A DNA stretch of 64,000 bases from Phoronis australis (Eukaryota; Animalia; Phoronida). Under the pieces are notes generated by a model that searched no databases, was not told where the DNA came from, and saw nothing but the letters and a program-made list of their open reading frames with translations. The position numbers and the translations under genes are program-made. Shown piece after piece: positions 48,414 to 61,300 of this stretch. Location of the stretch: assembly GCA_002633005.1 (NCBI GenBank), contig NMRA01000037.1:186001-250000 (forward strand), read 5' to 3'. The stretch's first letter is position 1, and each line of letters begins with the position of its first letter.

Positions 48414-50773
48414 AAAAGCTCAATTTTAAGTTATATCTTTACAAAATGTCATCAGGCAAAGAAGAGCTCGTAATACAGATAAAATGATTGAAAAGATTAC
48501 ATTGTGAGCAATGAAAGAACCAAAATATGTAAAAAATAGCAAACTTAGTTGAGTCCCCATTTAGGACTGCTTCATGCAGCCAGTCACAGTAAGTCATGCT
48601 AAAATCCTTAAAAATGCTGATGTTGTCATGCCAACTGAATAAAACACAAGTCTCATGAGACTGGACTCAAGAAGCAGTAACATCCAATATACAGCTATAT
48701 AAGACTTCAATTACAGCGGGTACCAAAGCATGCAGAAAACGTTCATCTTGTGTTCAATGAATACATGTTAAGCCACTTCTAGTACTCCCTGATTCTGAGA
48801 ATCAGTTTTATTCACCGAAAAGCAGACTTGAAGACTTGACTGTTGAAGAACACCCGGTGAAGCCTGGAAAATCTGACGGTTTTGACATTTGAAAGCATGC
48901 CATACTACTGGGAGGGCACTAATCTGAACAGAGGGTGCTTAATTGAAAATTGTCAAATGTAGAGAGTGGGAACTCAGTCGTACTCTGGGCAAATAAAAAG
49001 TAACGGGTGGGTACTTATGACACGTTTTTAGATGTTCGCGCACTTCAACATTTTCAGTTGTAGAGAACACCGACATTGTTAGTATTTTATCAATCAAAAA
49101 GTAAATAGGTTGAGAAGTTCCATTGCAGGATCATTGCCTGTATGTCTACGGCATCCACAGTCCATGTATAGCAGTGAAACAAGGTCTTACCTTAAGGGTA
49201 TATTGCACTAGGTTGGGCCATTTTCACACTGCGCACAGTAGAGGATACATACGTCATGCCACCTGCCAGGCACAGTGTTAAAAATGGCAAGTTGCCAATT
49301 TTAGTAACTGAACAAGGGATTGCCCAAAGAAAAAGTTTGATAACGGGATAATTTGGAAGGAGTTAAATACATCAACAACCTCCTAAAGTATCCCTATAAG
49401 GCTCTATGCGCAAAAGGAATTTATAACAACGTGATCTTGATGTTTTAGTGAGTGCGAGGAATAATTCGCTGAAAAGGTTATTGTTCACAATCCGACTCTA
49501 TTAACATACATACTTGATATTAATATTTTCTGAATCCTCTAGCCATGGTGATCATGGTGATTCCAAAAAGATAATACTTGTACTGATTGGTCGNAAAAGC
49601 TCAATTTTAAGTTATATCTTTACAAAATGTCATCAGGCAAAGAAGAGCTCGTAATACAGATAAAATGATTGAAAAGATTACATTGTGAGCAATGAAAGAA
49701 CCAAAATATGTAAAAAATAGCAAACTTAGTTGAGTCCCCATTTAGGACTGCTTCATGCAGCCAGTCACAGTAAGTCATGCTAAAATCCTTAAAAATGCTG
49801 ATGTTGTCATGCCAACTGAATAAAACACAAGTCTCATGAGACTGGACTCAAGAAGCAGTAACATCCAATATACAGCTATATAAGACTTCAATTACAGCGG
49901 GTACCAAAGCATGCAGAAAACATTCATCTTGTTTTCAATGAATACATGTTAAGCCACTTCTAGTACTCCCTGATTCTGAGAATCAGTTTTATTTACCGAA
50001 AAGCAGACTTGAAGACTCCACTGTTGAAGAACACCAGGTGAAGCCTGGAAAATCTGACGGTTTTGACATTTGAAAGCATGCCATACTACTGGGAGGGCAC
50101 TAATCTGAACAGAGGGTGCTTAATTGAAAATTGTCAAATGTAGAGAGTGGGAACTCAGTCGTACTATGGGCAAATAAAAAGTAACGGGTGGGTACTTATG
50201 ACACGTTTTTAGATGTTCGCGCACTTCAACATTTTCAGTTGTAGAGAACACTGACATTGTTAGTATTTTATCAATCAAAAAGTAAATAGGTTGAGAAGTT
50301 CCATTGCAGGATCATTGCCTGTATGTCTACGGCATCCACAGTCCATGTATAGCAGTGAAACAAGGTCTTACCTTAAGGGTATATTGCACTAGGTTGGGCC
50401 ATTTTCACACTGACACAGTAGAGGATACATAGGTCATGCCACCTGCCAGGCACAGTGTTAAAAATGGCAAGTTGCCAATTTTAGTAACTGAACAAGGGAC
50501 TGCCCAAAGAAAAATTTTGATAACAGGATAATTTGGAAGGAGTTAAATACATCAACAACCTCCTAAAGTATCCCTATAAGGCTCTATGCGCAAAAGGAAT
50601 TTATAACAACGTGATCTTGATGTTTTAGTGAGTGCGAGAAATAATTCGCTGAAAAGGTTATTGTTCACAATCCGACTCTATTAACATACATACTTGATAT
50701 TAATATTTTCTGAATCCTCTAGCCATGGTGATCATGGTGATTCCAAAAAGATAATACTTGTACTGATTGGTCG
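48414..50773. repeat. Near-identical ~1.18-kb tandem duplication (48414-49593 / 49595-50773), probably an assembly/haplotype artefact
   Basis: The copies are separated by exactly one N (49594) and differ only by scattered SNPs. Confidence 0.9.
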
Positions 50774-51451
50774 CTTCTTATTCATTATTTATGAGTTTTT
50801 CCAAGGCGTTCATTTGCAACGCATTTAGCGAGGCAGCCATTTTTAAAAGTGTGACACCTTTCGACAGGATTGATAACTAACAGATAACCTAAAGTGAAGT
50901 TAGTTCGATGCAGAATGTGCTTCTGTGTTCTTGTATTTTAGCCTGCCAGTGATATAATTATCTTATTACTCAACTCCAATTATTTGAAACAGTTTTAGTC
51001 ACTGAGACGACACATGTCCGCCATAACACGAGCCGAAATCACGTCTGCGAGACGTCAAGTGTTTTCGAGGACGATGTTTCAGGAACACGCACACTCATGT
51101 TTTTTCTTAAGAAGAAGTTTTGAACATGCAATCCTTTATGAACGACTACTACTGTTTTTTACTCAGAATTTCCCTAATGAGCCACGCAGTATCCAATTTT
51201 GGGGTTTTCTGACACACACGTGATCATTGGAGTTATCATTCTTGCCAAGACGTGTCTCAGTTTTATAACGGTGGTCACTCAACATCGGCTGCCACAAGGC
51301 AACACCTCGTAAAAACAGTGAATGCACGAATAAGAAGCGACCAATCAGTACAAGTAATACATTTTTGGAATCACCATGATCACCATGGTGAGAGGATTCA
51401 GAAAATATAAAGATCAAGTACGTTAATGGAATCGGATTGTAAACAATAACC
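50656..51451. mobile_element. Non-autonomous TIR element with ~130-bp TIRs (Mutator- or hAT-like)
   Basis: GGTTATTGTTCACAATCCGA..TGATTGGTCGCTTCTTATTC is inverted at GAATAAGAAGCGACCAATCA..GTAAACAATAACC. Flanks gctgaaaa / ggcgaaaa resemble a decayed 8-bp TSD. Confidence 0.75.
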
Positions 51452-52045
51452 GGCGAAAAGGTTCCGGCGTATGAAGCTCCTGCAGTGACGGTGGGTCATT
51501 GTGAATCATTGTCTATTGTTTTAGTTGAACAGACCGATGAGTTATGGAAGTACTCAATAGTTTTTCTCCCGGCTAAGTGTAGAGTTATCAACATCGTGAC
51601 TTTACGTGACAAACAGGCAATTTCCGTACCATCCTTGACCTCGATCGGTCCAAGATAAAAGTGTGTGTGGGCTTTTAGTGAAATTTTTGTTCTTTGACTG
51701 CGAATTTCTTACGAAGTCGCCGGAACAGGACACCGTGAATAGTATTGGAAGAAAGAACAATTGCCAATGGTTTGTTGAAACCTTGTTTTGTGTAAATTTA
51801 TTGAGTTTTATGTTAGCTATGGAGGGCTGAAGTGAAGCACCCGTGGAATTTCTAGTCGGGAGTGTCATACCTTGTAGTGTTATATGTAGAGCATTGGGGA
51901 CGATCAGAAGCTGAGGACGCCTGTGACTGTGAGGCTGTGGATTTGGCGACGATTGGGATTCGGAGGGACGATGTCTCAGCCTGTGAACGCAGTTGAATAT
52001 GATAAAAGATAAAAAATTATCAATATAAAATAACAAATTACTCAC

Positions 52046-52350
52046 CTGCAAAAACAATATGGGAAGCAGCTTCAACACAAAGAAGCAAATTGTGTAAATT
52101 CTACGAACAACTCACTCCGCTCGTCGAACGAAACGACAACGCTGTTGGCAGAACCGGAAACAACTAATTTAACTCTCAATACCATTGCCTAATTTTCACA
52201 CAAGAGCATTTAATATCTATATCTTAATTCATTTAGCAACATTTAAACAAAAATAGAAAAAATTTAGTTCTTTTAAGCATAATTAGGAGAATAAGTGTCA
52301 TTTTAGAAGAAAAAGTGTTTGAGTTTGAGATTACAGGTCTAAAATGGCGG
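52046..52350. promoter_or_regulatory. Bidirectional promoter TXNL4A/NDUFA9
   Basis: The minus-strand donor (ctcac at 52041-52045) of the TXNL4A leader exon is ~300 bp from the NDUFA9 ATG. ETS-like ACCGGAA at ~52153; YY1-like AAAATGGCGG over the NDUFA9 start. Confidence 0.65.
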
Positions 52351-55300
52351 CTGTGATTTTGGCTTCGGTGGCAAGACAAGGACGTAAGTTTTTGCCTGTT
52401 CATCTAAAGTGCACCGATAAAGTTGTTTTGTTTGAAATCATTTGAATCCATAAAATACATTTTAGTGCATTTTGAGGAATTTTCATTTAGTTTTCACGCT
52501 TTTGATTGCCAAAAACAGCGTCAGTATCGAATGCGGTGGCTCGCGCGGCGATGTCACCTTGGAAGCTATGGGGAGTGTGGCTTGGTTGGTCTTTGTTGCT
52601 TGTAGACAATACCACTGTCTCGACTGGCTCCAGTAGAGACAGTAGTCATCCTATAGGCCTTCCATATGCCGGAATCTTTTTTTGGTGAATTGTGCCTCAC
52701 GTTGATTAAACCATTCAAGAGTCATGTTCGTATAAGTATACTTGCACACAGTCACAGCCACAGCCACAGGGACACTTTTCGAAGCCTAAGAAGCCATTGA
52801 TGTCTTTAACTATTCCCAGTTGTGACAAATATACTCACAATCAAACTTTTCTGAGCAACCCTTCATTCAGTTGCCCAAATCGGCATCCGGCTATTTTTAC
52901 ACTGCTCGCACCACGGGATATGCTGAACAGGGACACTAGTGGGGTGTCTAAATTTGAATCATGGTGTCCATTTGAATGCCCTGGACACCGGGACCCTAAT
53001 GATGAAAGCCTGAACGCATCACATTATTGAAGCACAGGGGTATCACGTTACTTGTTTGGAATTCACGACAGGTTATTTTCCAACAGCCACTAGGTGCTGC
53101 TACTGTATTTATAAAAAATACCTACCATAATAAGGCTATGTGGTTTGTCACAACTTTAACATTTGATACTTCCAGGTCAACAGTCTTGTGCCATCCTGGG
53201 CGGTGCTTACACCAACAAGAGGTACCAGAGTGACCTGACTGCCTACAGACGAGGCCGCGGTGGCAGGTCATCCTTCAGTGGTATTGTGGCCACGGTCTTC
53301 GGTGCTTCGGGGTTCCTGGGCCGCTATGTTGTTAACAGACTTGGTGTGTGCATTCTCTATTTTTAAGATTTTTAAACTATGTATCTTGATGCTCTCTGGT
53401 TTGCTAGACATTTGGTTTCAAATTAATGAAAAATATTCTTAATGCTTCATATTTTATTCAAAGCAAAACGTCAAAGCGACAAGTTGAAGCCAAATGTTTT
53501 TTTTTGCTGTAAAACTCAAATGTACACATGATAAAACGCTGTGTCATTAAATCAGATTTCGCACACTGTACACATTTTGGTGCACTACATAACGTCACTA
53601 CATAACACAAGTAACGACTGTTTGCAAGACAGTCATGGTTAAAATAATGGGTGGTGAACTCGTGTTTTCTGATGAAAACTTTGTTACTCTTGTGTGACAG
53701 AAAAATTAGATGTTGCATTAAATGTTCTCAGCAATTCAACATTTTGAATGCAATTAATTTTCTACACTGAAAAGTATGAGATAACTATTAAGATTGCCTT
53801 TATTGACTCTTGAGGTTGTCTTTGATTTTTTGTCCACTTTCGTTCATTTTTTGTTAATTTTTTGTTCATTTTTTGTTTTTAGACCTGGGGCCCGTTCCAA
53901 GAAGCTGACTTAAGTTCATTTTTGACTTAAGTCTAAGATTTGTCTTCTCTTCCATTCTTTGAAACTTCCAAATCCGGTCAAATAGTTAAAATGAAGATGA
54001 AAGTTTTATCAAAAACTTAATTCAAACTTAAGATCTCTTTCTAAAAACAGTCTCGAGACAAATTTAAGTTTTATCTAAAAATTTACTAAAATTTAAGATT
54101 TGTCTTAGCTAAGTCAATTTTGTTGGAACGGGCACCTGCTCACTTTGTAAAACTTTAATTTATGTCTCATTTCTTGTGATCTTGAACTTTTGTAGGTAAA
54201 ATCGGAACGCAAGTGATTGTTCCGCATAGATCAGATCCCTACTTTGTCCAGCGACTAAAACTGGCTGGGGACCTGGGCCAAATCTTGTTTTATGTAAGTT
54301 TACAAGTAATATGTTTTTGGTTGAGAATAGAAACAATAGTAAAATAATGTTTTATCCCATAAAGGCCACAGAGTTGGGCACTAGTATTTGAAACTAGCAC
54401 GATGCCATTACATCAAATTTAAATTAATGTAAATTAATTCCTATGCTTTTCCAGACACTGATGAAATCTGTTAAACCATGCGTGCACCCAGCATTTAATA
54501 TGCGGGGGGGTCTTGAATCTCTTACAAAGTTGCTAACAAAAACAGGGTGTGATCACTATTATTCCAAAAGGTAAAAAGCCGCGTGAATTCTTGAGCAATT
54601 GGCGCCCCATTTCTCTCTTAAATACAAGTTATAAAGTTTTATCAGGTTGTGTTGCACATCGTATTAAAAGCGTCATTACCAAAATCATTCATGAAAATCA
54701 GAAAGGCTTTATCAAGGGAAGGTTTATTGGTGAAAATATTAGAACCATCTACGACATTTTAAATTGCTCAGAAGAATATGATATACCCGGTCTGATAGTT
54801 CAAATTGACTTTGAGAAAGCCTTCGATTCCATTTCGTGGAAAATGATCTACAAAACCCTATCTTTTTTCAACTTTGGTAAAAACCTAATTGATTGGGTGC
54901 GCTTTCTAAATTCAAACGCTACACTTTGTGTGATCCAGCACGGCATAACTTCAGAATACTTCAAAATTGGTCGCGGATGTAAACAAGGTGATCCTGTGTC
55001 CCCCTATCTTTTTATCATTTGTGTTGAAATAATGGCCATTATGTTTCGTGAAAATAAAAATATAAAAGGTATTGGCATCCCAGATGTCAACGACCTTAAG
55101 CTTCTGCAATATGCAGATGACACGGTTTTGTTTTTAGATGGTACAACAGAATCCTTAAAATACTCGCTTGATCTCCTGGACCAATTTCACAAATTCTCTG
55201 GTCTGAGACCAAATGTAGAAAAAACTCATTGTATTTGGATAGGTCGGATGAGGGGAAGTGAATTGCGCTTGTGTCCAGAATTAAATTTATCTTGGCAAAA

Positions 55301-58300
55301 ACAAAAATTCTCAATTCTGGGAGTCACATTTAGCACAAATTTATCAGAAATTCCAGACTTAAATTACAATGTCAAAATACAAGAGATTTACAGAGATTTG
55401 ACGTGTTGGTCCAGGAGATCGCTCACTACGCTAGGAAAAATAACCGTAGTTAAATCGTTTGTTTTGCCTAAATTAACGCACCTCCTGTTGTCATTACCTT
55501 CTCCATCAGACAAAGTTGTTGACTCTTTAGAAAAACATTTTTTTAAATTTATTTGGCAAAACAAAAATGACAGGATAGCTAGAAATATTATGATCCAAGA
55601 TTTTTCCAACGGAGGCTGTAAAATGGTCCATTTAAAAAGTTATATTAAGTCGTTAAAATTTACATGGTTCGTGAGACTTGTGATGGCCAATCAATCTTCC
55701 TGGAAATTGATTGTTATGAAAAACCGCTTTTTAGCTGGAAAAAACCTTCTTCATGTTGGGGCCAAATTTTATAGTCAATGCCCGGGAATTTTTAAGAATG
55801 TCTTTTGGAAAGAGGTATTTTTAGTTGTTGGGGAAGTACTCTCTAGTATCTCAGATTATCACATTAAAGAGGAATTTTATTACGAACCACTCTGGTATAA
55901 TGAACATATTTTGATTGATAAAAAGTCTGTTTTCTACAATGACTGGTATAAAAGAGGTATAGTTTTTATTCACGATTTGTTGAACCATAATGGTTATTTT
56001 ATGTCTTACCAGTGTTTTTGTGAAAGATACAGGTTTTCTCCATCATTTACATCTTTTTGGGGTATTCGAAGTGCAATTCGTCAAACTATTCGTCATTCTC
56101 AAATTAGGCCATGTAGTGAAATTGAGATAACCTTGCCTTTTTGCACAACATTTAATTCCATTCTTATATCGAGACAAAAAGTCAATAAACAAATTTATAC
56201 CCACTTAATACAAAAACTATATAAAAAACCCAAATTTGAGGAAAATTGGGAAAAACAGTTGAATACCGTAATTCCCCGTGAGTGGTGGAGAAAAGCTTAT
56301 TCTTATTCTATTAACTTTTCTTGTGATATCCAGCTTAAATGGTTTCAAATACGTTTAACTCACAGACTACTCGGAACCAATAAGTTTTTGAGTAAGATTG
56401 GTGTTAGAAATTCAGATAGTTGTACTTTTTGTAATTCTCATTCTGAAGACCTTTTTCACTTGTATTGGTCTTGTTTACGTGTCCAAAGTTTTTGGAAAAC
56501 AGTTGAAAACTGGATAAAAAACTTCTGCGGAATTGATATGAAACTTGATCATTTTTACGTAATTTTTGGCTCCTTTAATGGACCAAAAATCATAAATCTA
56601 CTTTTATGTTTAGGCAAGTACCACATACACAAGCAAAGACTTCAGAATGTAGAACCATGTTTTGCACTTTTTAAACATTCTGTTTTTGATTACTACAAAG
56701 TAGAAAAGGTTATGTACTATAACCAGTGCAGGTATCTCGACTTCGAGGAACGATGGGCCCCTCTAGCACCTTTATTTTAATTTACACTACATACAACCAA
56801 TGGCCCCCCTGTGTATGAATGTGAGCGTGACTGTGTGCGTGAATGTTTATACTGTTTGGCTTTATTGTATTTGCATTACGATAACAATAAAACTTTTTGA
56901 CAAAAAAAAAAGTTGCTAACAAAAAAGCAGGAGGACTGAAAAAACAGGGTACCACCTTCAAGTCTGTGAACAGTGCGTCTGCACCTTTTTAGTGGACATT
57001 TTCTTGGACTTTTTGTTCCTCTGAGGCAGACCTTTTTACCCACTTCACCAAATGTTTTGAACAGTTCTGTTAATTCTGTCCCTGATTCATACAAATCATG
57101 TTACATACTGTGGTTACATGATGAAACAAGCCACCAAATAAGGGCTTATAGCCTAATTTGTTTGTATTTTCAGCCTTTTGAATTAAGAGATGAGGACTCT
57201 GTTCGGAGAGCACTCAGTCGGTCTAATGTGGTGATCAACTTGATTGGACGAGATTATGAAACCAGGTGAGAAAACAGGGTTATTGTAAACCTTATGAAGC
57301 CTGCGCTGTGTCATAGACCCCTGTTATATTGCAGACCTTGGCTGAGCGATCACTCTCTTGAGATATTGATTTAACGAGACGATGTGGTGGACTCTTTCAC
57401 GTTTCCTTTTTATCCCGTGTGCATTCGATGTTGAAAGTGAACACAAATGCCTCTGTTGCTTGCCCTATTTTCCGATTCTTGTGTGCAGTACCAGCAAAGT
57501 TGTCAGGGTTGAAGAGCAATGTCATATATTCACGGATGTTTTGAGAAGTTGTGTGAATCATCTGATTATCCCACCAAACAATAAAGGCCATTTGACAGCA
57601 TGATGGTCTAAGAGAATCTATAAAAATGATGTAAAACCTCTCTGTTTTGATTTCTGACAGCCGAACTCTGTAGCTAAAAAGGTTTAAAAGAAAATCCCAG
57701 ACAGGCTTTTGTAGCTAATAGAATAAAGACACAAAATTTTCAAGTTTCATGTAAATAATCTTGTTTGTGGAAGATGCGTCAATCTTGAAAAATCTAAATT
57801 TTTAGAGAAAAATAGTCATGTGATTTCAAACAACTAAACATTGCTTTCATGCATATATTAAGATTCTGTGATCATCAAGAATTTTTAAAATGTATAATTT
57901 TGTGGGTCATGGTGGGGTATTAAATTTTCTTCATTAATAATTGTCACACAGGAATTACACATACGAGGATGTACACGTAACGGGTTCTCGCACCATCGCC
58001 AGGCTTGCACGTGAGTGCGGTGTACAGACACTGGTGCACATGTCCGCAATGAATGCTAGCGACGACCCTCAGGTTATCTACATGAAGGACGGATGTAATT
58101 GGCTAAAAAGCAAGGTACTTGTTGCATCCAAACTCCTGGTGTTGCGCATAGTGAACTTGTTGAGCAGTGCATATGGTGATATATCAACTGTCACAACATT
58201 AAATCACGGGGACATACATGCACCCAAACCAGTTAGTATGTGTAAGCCATCTGCCGGTGACTAGTTACAGTAAAACTTCTCAGCATTTCTAAATGGGTTA

Positions 58301-61300
58301 CGAGTCGAGCTTTATATTACGTGTTGGTCTTAAACTTGACTTCATGTTGTGGGCCGTGGGCTTTAGGTCCAGTCCTTTCATCCTGTGGCCATGTGAAGGG
58401 AAAACTTCATTTTTTTCCGATATGCATTATAACCCCTTATGGAGAAATAATTTCATTGTTTTTAAATGTTTTTATTCCATGTCCAATTTACAGAATTAGC
58501 CAAGTTTGTAAGTCAAATTTCTTGGCAATGTGTAAGTTTAAACGTGCATTTCATCCTGTTTAGCTGGCTGAAGACAAAAGTTGAGTTAGGCCTTTTTCTC
58601 TCATAAAACCGTTCTCGTAATATTCCTTACCATTACCAACTCAAACCCCAGGCATTGCGTACATGCGCCAATTTCGAATTTGTAATTTTTGGGCTGGCCA
58701 ATCGAAATAAACTCTGAATCATTATCTTGGGTTGCTGATGGTTTCAATGTTCCTATTGGTAACCAAAATGGAATCGTATCACGGTTATTACTATTATGAG
58801 ACTAATTTTATCAGAACAAAAGGCTTAATTCGAGTTTCGTATTTATCTCAACTAAGTAAGGTGAAACGCAGTTTGAAACATGGGGACTTTTTACGTTTAT
58901 TAAATACAATAGTTTTTCATGTCAAAAACATAAATTCCTTCAAAACAGTCACAGAAGTGGTTTTCTACGTCTCCTGTGGGTTATGGCTCATGGCCTATTG
59001 TTCTCCATGGCGTTGTGTCTCGGTACTGTAGTACTAATTGTTACATGAAGCAGCTCTCTATTGTTTCCTACAGGCGCGTGGTGAAGAAGCAGTGAGGCAA
59101 GAGTTCCCCGATGCCATCATCCTCAGGCCAACAGATGTGTTTGGCACAGAAGATCGTTTCATATTGTACTACATCAATTCATGTAGGTTTGGGCTCTACA
59201 TCAGTTTATTTAGGTTTGGGCTCTACGTCAGTTTATCTAGGTTTGGGCTCTACATCAGTTTATTTAGGTTTGGGCTCTACGTCAATACGTACAATGTGTA
59301 CCAGACCACTTGTACAATGTGTACCAGATCACTTGCAATTAAAGTTTGTTAATTTTGACTTTGTTTTCTTTTCCTCCTTGTCCAGCATTGAAGTGGTCAG
59401 AAACACATGTTATTGTGATCATTGATCATGAGTACGGATGTTGTATCAATTTTCACTTTTAATTATTTCTAGGGAGGAGAAGTCTAGGTATGATGCCAAT
59501 GTGGAAAAAAGGCCGTGCAACGATAAAGCAACCAGTCTTTGTAAGTCACTGACAATGTGTCCTCACTGTGCAGCACATTTTCCTGTCAATCCAGCATTCA
59601 GTTCTAATGGTGTGGCCTAACTGGTAGTTGTTGTGATGTCGTGTATTGAGTGACATACAGCTTTCAGTTTCTGCCTTGTTTTAGTATGATCAGTCCATTT
59701 GTACATGTAGGTAGACACACACAGAGAGTCCATTTAGTAGAGGATAGTGCTAAATTTTGTACCTACTGTAAAATAATACCAATTAAGGACACACTATGGC
59801 GGAGTGGTGAATTTTTTCACAACTGATATACAGTACCAGAATGCTTTGCCTCATCCAAGTTCTGTGCCATTGCAGCCAACAGACAGTATGCTGGAAAATG
59901 TGGACATACACAACAATGTTGAAAGCCTTTAGAAAATGAAAACAGTGTAATTTTGCCAATTATTTTTGTCCGAAATTGGCGAGATTTTATTGTTACTAGA
60001 AAAGCATTTGGTCTTGTGTCCTTTCTACTATTGTTTATGCCATACATGACCAAGGGCCTTCGTTGTAGATATGAAACTGAGGCACTGGTTTGTTTATATG
60101 GCTTCGGCTTGATGATTGTCTAATTATCGGGGCTCATAGCTGAACATTGTCAACATTTGTTTTGAAGCTGCGTGTGTATGACAAAGATTCATCAGATCAA
60201 TAAGAATCCTCATTCCACAAGTCATCTCATGAGTTCATGCATTCAATTATCCAAAACCACTACTTACTTCTTGTGGAAAAAATAACTCACGAAAAACAGT
60301 CTTTTTATCCCCCAAAATCCATGTAATATGGAACACGAGATGACTGGAAACCTTGTAAAATGTCAGTTATTGACGCACTGAACATAGCATCATAACTGAG
60401 TTGTCCGTTTTATCCTCCAGGTGTCAGACGTTGCTCAGGCTGTTATCAATGCTGTCCAGGATGTCGATGCTGCTGGCAAGACATTTGAAATAGCAGGGTG
60501 AGTAGTTCTAGTCCAGTCTCTTCTTTAGAATTTTGTAGCCAATGACGTGCTATGAATTATGCGGTATATATTTCTTCCCTGTTGTGCATGCTACTGTGAT
60601 TTCTTGTGAGCTATTTTGGTCATCAGCTGTGAAATATACAGCTTGTGAATCTGTTTTGTAGCGAGAATACTGTCACATACACAAGTCCAAAAACAGAGGA
60701 CACCTTTTTATTTTGTTCAACAACATTGTCAATGGTAACTAACTATTTTGCTGTTTCTGTTCTTTGTATTCACAAAGCAAACATCGAGGTAGGTTTGTTT
60801 TAGCCAGTCATCAGCTGGTTTGATTTGGTTTCAGACCAGAGCGCTTTGTGTTGGCTGACTTAGTAGATTACTTATACAAGCACATGAGGTGGGAGGAAAT
60901 AGAGATAACCAACATTTTCCCTGGCTTCTGGTGAGTATTGCATATAGTGGGAGGGGCTTTAGTTCACCAAAATGTGTCCTAGTTCTCACAAGTGCTACAC
61001 ATGCAGGTGGGGTTGGATATCACCAACATTTTGCTGGCTTCTAATGGGTATTACCAGAACCTAAAGATCATCGCAAAAATTTCATTGCTTCTGGTGAACC
61101 ACACGTAGTGGAAGGGTCTTGAGATCAACATTGATCTTGGCTTTTGGTGAGGATCACATGTATTGGGAGGGGCTTGAGATCAACATTTATCCTTGCTTCT
61201 GGTGCGTATCATAAATGGTGGGAGGGGCTTGTGATTACCAACATTTATCCTGGCCTTTGGATAGGCTTACTGCGTAATTTGAGAACCAGTTTGATGCTCG

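Noticed and set aside
48414-50773. Real segmental tandem duplication
   Set aside because: The copies abut a single N, and copy 1 cuts a transposon TIR mid-way, typical of an unmerged contig overlap.
54549-56780. Host-domesticated or autonomous RT gene
   Set aside because: It starts mid-ORF2 directly at the TSD, without endonuclease, ORF1 or an ATG start; it is a truncated insertion.
59169-59286. CRISPR-like array
   Set aside because: There are no unique spacers or cas genes; it is a head-to-tail minisatellite in a eukaryotic intron.
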